The notes under the pieces: model-generated
What the model was told of the DNA's origin: nothing
Seen by the model: the letters and a program-made list of their open reading frames with translations, nothing else
The model's database searches: none
Position numbers and translations under genes: made by a program
Shown here: in pieces, positions 25,501 to 38,030 of the stretch
Layout of the letters: each line of letters opens with the position of its first letter
Position numbering within the stretch: the first letter of the stretch is position 1
From: Octopus vulgaris
Taxonomy: Eukaryota
Assembly: GCA_951406725.2 (NCBI GenBank)
Contig: OX597840.1
Span: forward strand, 21,886,001 to 21,950,000
Length of the DNA stretch: 64,000 bases
Direction of reading: 5' to 3'

Positions 25501-26699
25501 CAAGTAATTAGGATGTGACATTGTTAATATCGTTTGCTGTTGATGTTGTTGGTGTTGTTGTAAACAGATTCACAGATGTATACACACACATACACAAACA
25601 CATATATACAGGGCACGCACATACAGTGGACTCTTGCACAAACCACATTCACATAGGCACATAGACACATACACACACATGCACACACACAAACACACAC
25701 ACACATAGAGAAACACATACACATATAAACACACATACAGAGGCATACACACTTGCATATATCCATACTACTACATGTCCATATCACCACATGTCTGCAC
25801 CATCACATGTTCAAGCCAGCTCAATGTTCTCTGTTATACTAATATGTTGTCTGCTAGCCAGGTCCACTAGAGGAGCTTTTCATGATAGCCACACGATTCT
25901 ATGAATTCATATATTCACTATAAATTTATGTATATATATATATGTACGCACACACACACACACACACATACATAAATACACACACACACACACATACACA
26001 CACATACATTGGATTACTAACTCCCACTTTCAAAGGTTTGCATTTGGAAGTCCAAGAACAAGAAATATTAACCAAACACCTGATGCACAACAGGGACAGA
26101 TATGCAAGAGATGCAGCAAAATGTGACAACCGATGCACATTTTATGAAGTTAACACCGAAGACATCACCCACATCATAAGCAGTTGTCTGAAAATGTCAT
26201 CCTGGTCTTATCTATCGATGAGACATGATGTTGTTTCTATATTTATAAGAATTTATCAAGTAGTTAGCGTGAAAAACCTCACAAGGGAAAAATTTATTAA
26301 TTATTCCTTTTAAATATATTTATTTATATTAAGGGAATTAATATACATAAATGACTCATGCTAGGATGGACTCTTAAAGTCAAAAATACACCATAATAAA
26401 CACATTATGGTAGTTTTGACTTTAAGAGTCCCTCCTAGCATGAGGCATTTATGTAGAGTAACGCCCTTAATATAAATAATATATATTACTCTTTTACTTG
26501 TTTCAGTCATTTGACTGCGGCCATGCTGGAGCACCGCCTTTAGTCGAGCAACTCGACCCCGGAACTTATTCTTTGTAAGCCCAGTACTTATTCTATCGGT
26601 CTCTTTTACCGAACCGCTAAGTGACGGGGACATAAACACACCAGCATCAGTTGTCAAGCAATGCTAGGGGGACAAACACAGACACACAAACACGCATAT

Positions 26700-26784
<85 letters not shown>

Positions 26785-29700
26785 TACGACGGGCTTCTTT
26801 CAGTTTCCATCTACCAAATCCACTCACAAGGCTTTAGTCGGCCCGAGGCTACAGTAGAAGACATTTGCCCAAGGTGCCACGCAGTGGACTGAACCCGGAA
26901 CCATGTGGTTGGTAAGCAAGCTACTTACCACACAGCCACTCCTGCGCCTATAAATATATATATATATATATATATAATTGACAATTGTCAGTTGTGGAAC
27001 ACGGCTGTCACTACAGAAACCTGATGATTGCGTAGTGCATGGAAGTACTAGTTTTATCACAAGAAATATCAAAAGCACAAATTTCATAATTTGCATAGTA
27101 AACACAGCAATGCCACTCAGCACATTACCTCATGAAGGTCACTGCTAGCTCTCACTGTGCACGCAACCATATAATAAGATATATAATATCTTATTATTAT
27201 AATGTAAAATTGTAAGAACTGTAAATAATAAAATGTAAAAATCAGACTAGGTTGGAATTTCATTGCTCAATATATTCTTCTCTACACAATCACACAAACT
27301 CTGATCTCCTTCCCTGAATGTCTTTTAATAGTTTGCATGTATCATGTCCTCCTGTTGTTGTTTTTTTCTAGTGTTTTTCCTTTGATTTTTTGGAGATTAA
27401 TTTTATATATATATATATATATTCATACATACAGGTGTACTATATGCAACAGCTTTTACCTGTGTCAACATTGCTTCAACACATCAGTCCATGAGGAGCA
27501 TCAGTTCAAGTTTAGACAGGTGAGTATGTGTATATATATATATGTATATATATGTATGTAAGTATGTATATACTAGGAATGGGTATTTTTGAAGAAACAT
27601 GCATTTTGCTTGCTGAAGTAAGCGAGCTGCTTGAAAATGCCCCAAGAGGGAATGCTGGAAGTTTTATCTACTGAATCTGGGGACATTTATGTCTGTCAAG
27701 AACTGGGCTCATTCATAACAATTGACATATGTTAGTGCATAAGTGTACTTGTCTATGTGTGTATATCAGCATGTATATATATATATGCATGCACATGAAT
27801 GTGATTGTGTCAGTGTATATATATATATATATAAAGACCCATCAAGGCAAGGGAAATTGTAGCCATGGCCAATGTCGGTGTCGTATGTAAAAGGCACTGT
27901 TCAAACGTTGGGCCTCATGGAGGTGGTGACAAATGGCCGGTACTTTTGGCAATATACTGTCTTATTGTATATCCAGGACTACATTGCCCTATACAACCTT
28001 CGTTTCTTAAGATGACATCAAGAGATTTGATGAAATTTGGCTGCAGTTTCTTGTAGCAGATATAAGCATTCCCTCCATGACCATCTAATCTAGGACTACC
28101 TCTTCAATGTGTCCTTCCCTGATGATAGGGTGTGATATTAAATAGGGAGTGACATGGCTGTTGCTTCTAATTGGTTGAATGACCTCAGATGCCATTTGTT
28201 TTATGCTCTGTAGCTATGACAGTGACTGACCTCCAACCTTTTTACTTTGTAACATTGACCTTTGACCCTTGTACTTTGTAGCAGTGACCAACAGTTTACT
28301 GTCTTCATTACAGAGGAGAACACAGAGGTGGAAGATGGTTGAAAGGAGTTTTAATTACTCCCTACCTGAGGCCTTGATCAAGAATTTGATGAGACGTGAC
28401 CTGAAAGATGATGACTATGAAAGTCTTCTTCAGTTAGACAGGTAAGTTAGACAGGTAAAATGTCTTTAAATAAACTAGTATGTTAGATAGGTTAAGATGT
28501 CTTTAGTTAGACAAGTAAGTTAGTCAGTTTAAGATGTCTTCAATTAGACAGGTATGTTAGACAGGCAAGATGTTTTTAGTTAGACAGGTAAAATGATTTC
28601 AGTTAAACAGGTTAAGTTAGACAAGTGCATTAGAAATGTAAGATATGTTCAGTTAGACAAGTAAATTAGGCAGGTAAGCTGTTATCGGATAGACAGGTAA
28701 GAGAAACAGGTAAGATGACTTTAGTTACCTGCATAAAATAGACAAAAAAAATGACTATAGTTAGACAGAAAAGTGTCTTCAGTTAGACAGGTAAGATGTT
28801 TTTAGTTAGACAGGTAAGTTAGACAGATAAGAGAACTTCTGGTAGATTAAGTTAGACAGGTAAGTCGGGTAGGCTGTGTAGACTGGTGCTTTTAAGAGGT
28901 AAGTTACACAGGTAAGATGTCTTCAGTTACACAGGTAAGTGAAACAAGATGTTTTCAGTTAGATATGTAAGATATACAGGTAAGTTACAAAAGATATATA
29001 CAAGATTCTTTTCTGAAGGACAGATAAGTTAGATTTGTAAGATGCACTAGCAGTGGTTATAATAACGGCAAGAGAAGTATTAGTGGTAATAGTAATAGTA
29101 GTAGTAGCAGCAGCAGCATGAAGATGTGTGGCTTTGTGGTTAAGGTATTTAGCACATGATTGCAAGGTTGTGAGTTCAATTCCCAGCAACACACTGTGTC
29201 CTTGCTCCAGTCGACTCAGCTGGCAACAATGAGTTGTACCTGTATTTCAAAGGGTCAGCCTTGTCCCCTTCTGTGTTGTGTTGAATCTTTCTGAGGATTA
29301 CATTAAGGGTACACAATGTCTGTGGAGTACTCAACCACTTGTACATTAAGTTCATGAGCAGGCTGTCCCATAGATCGGATCAACTGGAACCCTCGTTGTC
29401 ATAATGAACAGAGTGCCAGTTTTAACAGCAGCAATGTGGGTAGTAGTAGTAGTAGCAGCAGCAGCAGCAGTAGTCTCTGTTAGTTTAGTTGTTGTTGTTA
29501 CTGTTGTTATTGTGAACAGTTTTTATTTTGCAGTGACGAATTCACACAGTTCAACTCCCTCTCAGAGAAGATCATAGAGTCACTGCCCCTCGAGACTGTA
29601 ACCGAGAACAGTGTCCTGCTGTCCACTGGGGCACAGTGCCACATCTGTCTCGGTCCCTTCCAGGTATCAACGCTGGTGCGGAGACTGCCATGTAGACACA

Positions 29701-31631
29701 AGGTAAGTGGTTGGACTTTTCTCAACATGGTTATGAAGGGGCAAGGAAACCATTTTTCTGAAAGCTCTGAGGAACAAAATTAAGGTTTGTGAATTATCCC
29801 CAACTCCTTTCTCAGGAATTTTATTACAAGGAATCCCAAAGCGACTGTAATCTACACCATCTGAAATATATTTGTAGAAACTTTCATTGATAAACATCCA
29901 TTTTTGAGAAAGTTATGAGGAAACAAATTCAGTGGGGCACATTTCTGTAGTTATGCCCTAAATTTTCTGACCAAGTATTATTAGATGAATAACAGATACA
30001 AAGGAAAAATTAGACAGAAAATATGTTTTTGGCAAAAAACTCACGAGTGAGGAGAGCTCAATGAAGAATCCAATTCTTTGAGTTCCACAGATTCGGTTTC
30101 TTTCCCCGAATGACCTCACTCACATGCTTCAAAATGTCACAGTAGAACTCTTGATTGACCGTCTGTCCCTAGGGGACAAATTCTCAATGCACGATACCTC
30201 ATTTCTGGGGCTGATGTTTGTGGCAGGTCTTCCAGATTGCTCATCGTCTTCCAGGGATGTTCTGCTTTTGAAGTGCCCATGCCCGTTGAAACATTGCATA
30301 GGACCCTTCTGTCATCACCATACGCTTGCCAAAGCATGTTCAATGTCTCTGTAGCAGACTTCCCAAGTTTAGTGCAAAATTTCACATTGGCTCTTTATTC
30401 CTGTCCATGACAAAAATCACAAACTACAGCAGACACACGTGATTGCAGAAGCACAAATTTCATAATTTGCATAGTAAACACAGCAAATGTCACTCAGTAC
30501 ATTACCTCATGAAGGTCACTGCTAGCTCTCACTGTGCACGCAACCGTGTGCTGCCATCTGTTGGTGCATTACAGAACTAGTCCAAGAATGTTTTGATGCC
30601 ACTTTGTATGTGTGTGGGTGTGGGTGTTTGCTTCTCCATAAATATATGATTGTGTATTTGTGGATTGTCTTAGTGACTGCTAATTAGAAACGTTCAAATT
30701 AGCTTGCAGTAATAATACGCTGAAGGGTAGAATGCTGCTAGTCAAGAATTGTCTGAGATAAGGTCTTCAGTGGTGCCAAAATGAACCACTGCATGATTTA
30801 GCTCATGTTCAAAATCTTCTTTCCTTCTGCATTATGGTACTCAGAGTACCTCTGTGAAAGCCAACAAAAAAAGGCAATGAAAGCATCTTTACCTTAACCA
30901 CAAAGAGAGTCTTTAAGATGATTTGACAGCCTCTAGGTGGTCATTGATCTTGCTAGAAATATCAACTAAATCTTACTCAAAACACGGTTAAACAACAACA
31001 ACAACAACGGCAACCACAATTACAGCACACTCTCCGTGTACCGCCAATAACTCCTGTCCATCTCTCTCCTCTACATCAAAGCACTCCTTTATTCACCATT
31101 AATGTTACAATAATTCCGTGCATCTTTCCAGTTCCATCGTGAATGCATTGACAACTGGCTCCTCCATTCTCGTTCCGTGTGTCCCATTGATGGCACAAAC
31201 GCTTGGAATGCCAATGCTGTCTCCAAGAAGAATAACCAAAAATGGTACGAATATTTACTTTTGTTATTGTAGTATATACACCTGTGTATGTATGTATGTA
31301 TGTATGTATGTGTGTATGTATGTATGTATGTATGTATGAATGAATGTATGTATGTATGTATGTATGTATTTATATATGCATGTATGTATGTATGCTAATA
31401 TGTATGTATGTATGTATGTATGCATGATGTATGTATGTATGCATGTATGTATGCATGTATGTATGTATGCATGTATGTATGTATGTATGTATGCATGTAT
31501 GTATATATGCATGTATGTATGCATGTTTGTATGAATGAATGTATGTATATGTCTTTGTGTGTGTGTGTGTGCGTACATGCATGCGTGTGTTGATAGTGCC
31601 AGTGCTGGTGGTGATGATGATGACGATGATG

Positions 31632-31671
<40 letters not shown>

Positions 31672-34600
31672 GTATTAGTATGATTATTATTATTACGTTT
31701 CCGTTGCACCCAAAGCAAGAAGAAAGAACCTCCGACAGAAGAGTTGTCTCTGAATATTTCAGGACTTGCCATTTATCCTGAGAGTCAGCACAAGTTGGGC
31801 CAGGGAAAAACTAAAAAGACAGTAACCACGGCAACAAAGTCACTGAAGGCCAGTGACACAGACAGTGACCTCTCTCTTGCAGGAATGACCATCAAGTCGG
31901 CCAACAGGTGAGATTCTGTGGCTTCATTCCTGATTTTGTTTGCATTCAATTATTTTGCAATTTATTATGGCAGAGGTCTTCATTTTATCTCCAATCATAG
32001 GTGAAGGTGTGGCTGTGTGGTAAGAAGCTTGCTCCCCAACCTCATGGTTTCAGGTTCAGTCCCACAGGATGACCAAAAACCTTGTGAGTGGATTTGGTAA
32101 ATGGAAACAGAAAGAAGCCCATAGTATATATACTTTGAATGAAATGAAGCCAATAATGTTTCGCTGGATGTGCAATGTCAGTGTGAATGTTCAACAAAGT
32201 GTAAGCATCTTGAGAGAAAAGTTGGGCATAAGAGGAATCAGATGTGGTGTGCAAAAGAGATGGTATGGTCACGTGATGCGTATGGACGTGGACAGCTGTG
32301 TAAAGAAGTGCTGATCTCTCACTGTGGAGAGAACTTGTTGTAGAGGGAGACCCAGGAAGACATGAGACTTTGAACCTCACAGAGGCAAAAACTACTGACT
32401 GAGATTTTGGGCTTGAGAGGACCCACCAAGGCAAGTGCATCTATGCTGGTGGCACATAAAGAACATCTTTTGAATGCTGGGCCTCACAGAGACAAAGTGA
32501 CTTTCCTTTCGCAAATGTTTGGGTCAAATATGACTGATTTCAATGCCAAAGGGTTATGTGACACTCACAGATCATGTAAGTCAACATGTCACATGTATAG
32601 GTCATGTGATCATAGGCTGATGCCACCAACACTACCGTTGCCATTACCACCACCACCACCACTACTACCTCCTCCACTACCACCACCAATACCACGACCA
32701 TGCCCCCCACTACCACCACCACTACCACGACAACGACCACTACTACCATGACGACCTCCACTACCACCACCACTACCACCACTACACCCACCAACACCAC
32801 CACTATTCTCACCATCAAAACTACCACTACCAGAACCACTTCTGCCACCACCCCCACCACCACCATCAATTCAATTATTTAATTTTCTTTTCTTCTTCTT
32901 TTCACAGAAATTCTTCACCAAACCAGAAATCTTCTGGTAATTCTGACAAACTGCTGAATGCTACCAACGGGGATGCCTGTCCGTCAAACAGAAAGCCCAA
33001 CAGTGCACTGTCCTCTCGTCGTAGGTCACTTGTTTTACCACCTCTTAGAGGTAATTCCATGAATCTGTTTCCTTAGCTTTTTACTGCAAACAGAGGCAGG
33101 GGACTGATGAGGAGGCAATCATCCATTTCTCATGTTTCCCTCTAGAATTGACATTCACAAAAGAAACCCCTACCCCCAGTTTAAAACAGTTTACAACATG
33201 TTTCAAGTGGTTTGGGCCACATGTTCCACTTGGAACATGTGGGGTAGGGTCCACGGGGAATTTTATGGCCTACTGTTGTTTCAGTTAAGAGTAAATCTCC
33301 ATGTGGTGGCTCATAAAGCAGTCCTTAATGAATTACATGGAGAGGGTCACCTCCAGAGAAAAGGTTATTTACAACTACTTTTGGAAGTCCTTGTTCTATG
33401 AAAATATAGGGAAAGTCACTCTTTAGATCAGGGGGCAGAGAACACCCACCTCACCTGTATTAAAATTTTAAATTGTCAACTGATGAAGACAAAAAATTTA
33501 TTCTAAATTTTCATGTTCCACTTGGAACATGTGGAGTAGGGTCCATGGAGAATTTTATGAGCTCCTGTTGTTGCAGTTAAAAGTAAATTTATACATGATG
33601 GCCCCTAAAAAACGTTTCCTTGTGAATAATGCAGACAGAATCACTTCTTGAGAGAAGGTTACGTACACCTATTTTAGGAAGTCCTTGTTGTATGGAAACA
33701 TAGGAAAAGTCACTTCTTAGATCAGGGGATAGGGAACCCTTTCATCTATGTTCAGATTTAAAATTGCCTGCTGATGAAGTCTCTGAAAATCATATCAAAA
33801 TAAAAACATTGATTTAAACCTCATGAAAAATCTTACTGCACAGGCATGAGCAAAAGTAGGTATACAGTCCCTTAATATGAGTGAAATCTACTTTCCATTT
33901 CTCTATTTTTAAGCAATTCATAAATTGACTAATGGATCCAGGGAGGATGTCTAGTTCATTAGAAACCCTCTTTTTTGATTTCTGGAAACCTTGAGTGAAT
34001 GGTTGAACCACAAACATTTCATTTTCTTCAATAGTAATGCTGACCCAATCTGCTTGAATTTGTCACTTATTCTGTAAACTGTTAATCTTGACAAAACCGA
34101 TCTTTGAAATTGTTCAGTAGATTTCTGTGTAACCATTTCTGCTTTCTCTGCTTCTCAGTAGAGTTTGATGATCCATTGCTGTTCATCATTGGTTAGATTT
34201 CCAACCAAATTAATAAATATCTGAAATTAGGAATAAATATTCTATTACAGAAAGAAGTAGTTAAAAACAACATAAAATCATAGAATTCTTTTCCAAAAAA
34301 AAGAAATTGAGAAATGAAAGAACATTCTAGTCATACTAAGCAACTGTTTACCTACTTTGACCCCTACCTGTATAATATTGGGTTGAGGAATAATTCATGA
34401 GAGTTATTTTTAAATTTATTTTAAACAAAAAAAAAATACAAATTAATCAATAATATATTCTCCATTGTTGTTTACGACTTCCTGCCATCGTTCAATAAGT
34501 TTTTCAATACTTTGGCAATAGAAACCTCCTTGTCTTGACTCAAAGAATTCGTCTAATCAAGGCCTCAATTCCACATCATCATTGAACAAGGCACTCTGTG

Positions 34601-36499
34601 CACAGCATTTGAAAGTGGTCGAAAGAGATGAAAATCTGATGACATCAAGTCTGGAGAGTAGGGAGGATGAGGCAGCAATTCCCATTCGAGTTCTTCAATC
34701 ACGGCTGTGGTTATATTGGTGATGAGGGAACAGGTGTTTTCGTGTTGCAGAAGAATGCCATTTCACCTGTTCAGTCTTTTTTGCTGAATTGCTTTGTTGA
34801 GTCAGTGCAGTTGTTGAACGTAGAGGTCCATATTGAGTGTTTGGTTGCACCAAGCAGTTTGTTATAAATTACACTTTCCCAGTCTCACCAGACACACAAC
34901 ATGGTCTTTCAAGGATAAAAGTCTTGTTCTGCTCATGGAGTCACTTGTTGGGGCTGAGACATTCTTTTCACTGCTTCATATTGATGTAAAGGCACCATTT
35001 TTCATCACCAGTGACAATGTGACAAAGAAAACGCTGTTTGTGACCATGAATTGAGTGAGAAACTGGCAGCGACTGTGGAGCATTGGTTTATTGTTGCTTT
35101 TGCTCAAAGTGGGTGACATCCAAGTGCCAAGTTCCCGAACCTTGCCCATTCAGTGAATGTGATTCACCACAGCTTTGTTATCACAATCCATTTGCTCAGC
35201 CAATTCTCTCATTGTTTGATCTGAATTTTTGTGAAGACGTTGATTCAATCATTCTTCATTGAGCTCAGTTGGTTGACCAGTGTGTAATCCAACCTTGAGG
35301 TCAAAATTCCCATTTTTGAAGTGCGAAAACCAACAGCAGGAAGTATTTTGAGGCTTTGCTCCTTCTCCATGCACAACACAGATCTCATGAGCAGCTTCGG
35401 CAGCCTTAACACCTCGAATAAATACAAAAAGCAATTGGTGTCGAAAATGATCAGTTTTGTCCGCTTGCCATTCCATTTTAATGATCTGAAAATGCACAAA
35501 AATCAATAAAATTTAAAAATCAAAACACACCATTTTATTGAGCAAAAATTTCTCTTTTAAATAACATAAAACATTTTGCCAATGCGTTTTATTTCTGTGT
35601 GGATTTTTAAATTTGAAAAAAATGCTCATGAATTATTCCTCAAGCCAATACACACCTCAGGTTATGTCATGCTGAAAATTTCTAAAAAGAATGAAATAGT
35701 TCTATACACAGTGTTATAACAACAATAAAAACAGCAACAATAACAAACAAATAACAAGAACAACCCAACTGACAACAATTATCATAAAATGTAATTCATT
35801 TTTTTCCTAAATCTATATTATTATTATGATTATTATTATTATTATTATTATTATTACTGTTTATGTAAATTCCTGTGGCAGTGAGAAAGAAAATCTTGAG
35901 ACATTCAGCAAATTCCGTTTCTAATTCTGACAAGAACTCTGACAACAATGGAATCAGTAAAATTCTTCAGGTGAGTCAGTTACCAACCGAATAACATTAG
36001 TCTCTAACCCTAACCACTAAGGCCCCTAATTTTAGGGGATGAGCAGATCAGATTAAATCAATGTAAATAATTAGCTGTTGATTATTTGAGCTGTGCGGCA
36101 GGAAGCTGGTTTCCTAACCACCTGGGTATAGGTACACGCACGTGTGTGTGTGTGTGTATACACATATATATACATACATATGTGCGTGAGTATGTGTGTG
36201 TGCATATATGTATATATGTATGTGTGTGATCACTTCAGCACTTGACGTGTGGCACACAGTGCTCCTATTCAGACAACATCGATTCAATGGAGAGAGGGTG
36301 AGCTAATGTGCAACACAAACATTTGATAAACACAGGCGCAGGAGTGGTTGTGTGGTAAGTAGCTTGTTTACCAACCACATGGTCCCAGGTTCATTCCCAC
36401 TGCATGGCACCTTGGGCAAGTGTCTTCTGCTATAGCTTCGGGCCGACCAAAGCCTTGTGAGTGGATTTCATAGAAAGAAACTGAAAGAAGCTCATCGTA

Positions 36500-36543
<44 letters not shown>

Positions 36544-37627
36544 TATATGTATGTATATATATCATCATCATCATCATCATTTAACGTCCGTTCTCCATGC
36601 TAGCATGGGTTGGACAGTTCGACCGGGGATCTGGGAAGCCAGAAGGCTGCCCCAGGCTCCGGTCTTATCTGGCAATGTTTCTACAGCTGGATGCCCTTCC
36701 TAACGCCAACCACTCCGTGAGTGTAGTGGGTGCTTTTTACATGCCACCTGCACTGGAGCCAGGCGAGGCTGGCATCGGCCACGGTCGGATTGGTGCTTTT
36801 GACGTGCCACCGACACGGAAGCCAGTCGAGGCGGCGCTGGCATCGGCCACAATTCGGATAGTGCTTTTTACGTATCTCCAGTCCAGGGGTCCTGGCATCT
36901 GCCGGGTGCCAGACATAGGATTGGTTCAATTTCGATTCCGATTTCACTTGCCCCAACAGGTCTTCGCAAGCAAAGGGGGGTAGGCATAGGTGCCTGTCGT
37001 CGGATGAGGTTTGATATCGACTTCGCTTGCCTCAACAGGTCTTTGTGTGTCCAAGGGAGGAAAGGCATGCATAAGTGGGCTGGACTCACTTGTCCTGCCT
37101 GGTCTTTTCACGCACAGCATATTTCCAAAGGTCTTGGTTGCAGGTCATTTCCTCAGTGAGACCTAAGTTTGTGTGTCTGTGTTTGTACCCCCAACATTGC
37201 TTGACAACCAATGGTGGTGTGTTTACGTCCCCATAACTTAGTGGTTCGGCAAAAGAGACCGATAGCATAAGTACTATTTCACCCTTGTTATGGGCTCATC
37301 AGTACAACATAATTTGAGATTGTGGAATTAGTTGGTTTGTATTCATAGATAAAAGAACAGCAACCGTTGAATGAAACCGAGATAAAGATAAGACATGTTG
37401 CCTCTCTTCTGTTCTCCTTTCAGCCATTTTGTCACCTGGTTTTGACGGATAAAGCAGAGCCTGAGAATGAAAACATAAGACTGAGGAGCAACCTGCTGGA
37501 AGGGCAATACGTAGACGAACTTCGTCGTTCACCATTGGAGGACAAAACAGCCAAATCTCAAAAGAAACAGTTGATTAAAGATGAAGATTTGCATCTGCAA
37601 GGCTCAGGAGTTAGCTGTCTCTTGTGA
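21301..37627 (+). CDS. ZSWIM2: ZSWIM2 (MEX) E3 ubiquitin ligase, SWIM-RING-ZZ-RING, about 624 aa, 12 coding exons
   Basis: join(21301..21450,22238..22355,23214..23448,25255..25503,27435..27519,28314..28441,29534..29702,31132..31244,31716..31907,32908..33050,35882..35970,37424..37627) = 1875 nt, open frame, GT-AG. SWIM (CSC...ELCRHICW), RING1 (CPIC..YCRYGCGNNIHIKC..CPMC), ZZ (CSTC..CYKCTIC..LCQHCF..H..H), RING2 (CHIC..LPCRHKFHRECIDNWL..CPID). The last four exons rest mainly on splice signals and phase. Confidence 0.92.
21625..22027 (-). mobile_element. tRNA-derived SINE with CORE-like segment and internal (TA)n/(CA)n; near-identical copy at 26488-26948; others at about 3660-4038, 20300-20575, 23690-24050, 36334-37275, 45281-45697, 49320-49700, 51967-52250, 54048-54210, 56936-57420
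   Basis: A/B-box head (TGGCTGTGTGGTAAG..GGTTCAGTCCC), CTTGGGCAAGTGTCTT core, tail CCAGCATGGCCGCAGTCAAATGACTGAAAC. Confidence 0.85.
22238..22355 (+). CDS. ZSWIM2: ZSWIM2 exon 2, SWIM zinc finger (TFLGRKHCCSCSLFLRTKELCRHICWLLLKKF...)
   Basis: tgtcag| and |gtaaat; CxC...CxH. Confidence 0.93.
23214..23448 (+). CDS. ZSWIM2: ZSWIM2 exon 3 (SWQKGLSEREIDDLL...CPICLDNLLKSHLPVTYC)
   Basis: ttgcag| and |gtaagt. Confidence 0.94.
25255..25503 (+). CDS. ZSWIM2: ZSWIM2 exon 4 (YGCGNNIHIKCM...CPMCR...CSTCHLKPIIGNCYK)
   Basis: ttccag| and |gtaatt; RING1 end and ZZ start. Confidence 0.94.
26312..26484. repeat. Imperfect inverted repeat (core arms 26344-26397 and 26404-26455)
   Basis: ctcatgctagga.ggactcttaaagtcaaaa versus ttttgactttaagagtcc.tcctagcatgag. 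Confidence 0.88.
26488..26948 (-). mobile_element. Full-length young copy of the same SINE
   Basis: Near-identical to 21625-22027 apart from microsatellite length. Confidence 0.85.
27435..27519 (+). CDS. ZSWIM2: ZSWIM2 exon 5 (CTICNSFYLCQHCFNTSVHEEHQFKFRQ)
   Basis: atacag| and |gtgagt; ZZ finger. Confidence 0.94.
28314..28441 (+). CDS. ZSWIM2: ZSWIM2 exon 6 (RRTQRWKMVERS...DLKDDDYESLLQLD)
   Basis: ttacag| and CAG|gtaagt; phase fits the neighbouring exons. Confidence 0.9.
28425..29042 (+). repeat. Degenerate minisatellite (about 36-bp unit, gatgtcttcagttagacaggtaagttagacaggtaa) starting at the ZSWIM2 exon 6 donor
   Basis: Recurrent AGTTAGACAGGTAAG modules read directly. Confidence 0.9.
29534..29702 (+). 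CDS. ZSWIM2: ZSWIM2 exon 7 (DEFTQF...GAQCHICLGPFQVSTLVRRLPCRHK)
   Basis: ttgcag| and |gtaagt; first half of RING2. Confidence 0.93.
30050..30608 (-). mobile_element. Mariner 5' fragment
   Basis: KFCTKLGKSATETLNMLWQAYGD HTH start; part of its leader recurs at about 27070-27170. Confidence 0.8.
31132..31244 (+). CDS. ZSWIM2: ZSWIM2 exon 8 (FHRECIDNWLLHSRSVCPIDG...)
   Basis: ttccag| and |gtacga; second half of RING2. Confidence 0.92.
31716..31907 (+). CDS. ZSWIM2: ZSWIM2 exon 9 (KKKEPPTEELSLNISGLAIYP...)
   Basis: Open frame in the required phase, AAG acceptor, CAG|gtgaga donor. Confidence 0.7.
32908..33050 (+). CDS. ZSWIM2: ZSWIM2 exon 10 (NSSPNQKSSG...LVLPPLR)
   Basis: Strong polypyrimidine tract plus cag|, donor GAG|gtaatt, in phase. 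Confidence 0.7.
33219..33800. repeat. Tandem duplication of a roughly 293-bp unit
   Basis: catgttccacttggaacatgtgg at about 33219 and 33512; downstream sequence is collinear. Confidence 0.8.
34378..35648 (-). mobile_element. Near full-length mariner (DD34D-type) transposon with decayed transposase
   Basis: TIRs TTGGGTTGAGGAATAATTCATGAG / CTCATGAATTATTCCTCAAGCCAA, TA on both sides, about 1.27 kb; N-terminus (HFRHQLLF..GVKAAEAA..WF..FKNGNFDL) and HPPYSPDLMSSDFHLF motif; stops and frameshifts. Confidence 0.9.
35882..35970 (+). CDS. ZSWIM2: ZSWIM2 exon 11 (RKKILRHSANS...ISKILQ)
   Basis: ggcag| and CAG|gtgagt, in phase. Confidence 0.65.
36560..37165 (-). mobile_element. RTE-type LINE 3' end with (GAT)n tail, nested in a SINE; the same 3' end recurs at about 60-380, 845-1080, 3085-3330, 4055-4215, 6520-6665, 47970-48240 and 57990-58140
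   Basis: DLWKYAVREKT ORF end, shared GGAAGGGCATCCAGCTGTAGAAAC..CCAACCCATGCTAGCATGG..GGACGTTAAATGATGATG. Confidence 0.75.
37424..37627 (+). CDS. ZSWIM2: ZSWIM2 terminal coding exon (PFCHLVL...EDLHLQGSGVSCLL*)
   Basis: ctcctttcag| acceptor, open to TGA at 37625-37627. Confidence 0.7.
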   Translation, partial: PFCHLVLTDKAEPENENIRLRSNLLEGQYVDELRRSPLEDKTAKSQKKQLIKDEDLHLQGSGVSCLL

Positions 37628-37894
37628 TTGTGTGATTGCTGTGTTTGCATGTGTGTGTGTGTGTGTTTATGTATGTGTGCGTTTATGTGTGTATGTGTGT
37701 GTGTATATGTGTCCTGCGTATTTTCGTATGTATGTGTGTATGTATGCATGTATATATGTTGCATGAATGTGTGCATGTGTGTGTGTGTGTGTGTGTGTCT
37801 GCAAATAGATGTATGTATATGTATACATGCACACAAATATATATATGTGCATACATGCATGCATACATTCATAAATACACACATACACACCTGC

Positions 37895-37933
<39 letters not shown>

Positions 37934-38030
37934 CAACTAATAAGGGTGAGAAAATTGGATACTAATTTAATAGTACATCCATTTAACCCCAAGTGGCTTA
38001 ATGCATAAAAACCAGGAATACAATAAATTT

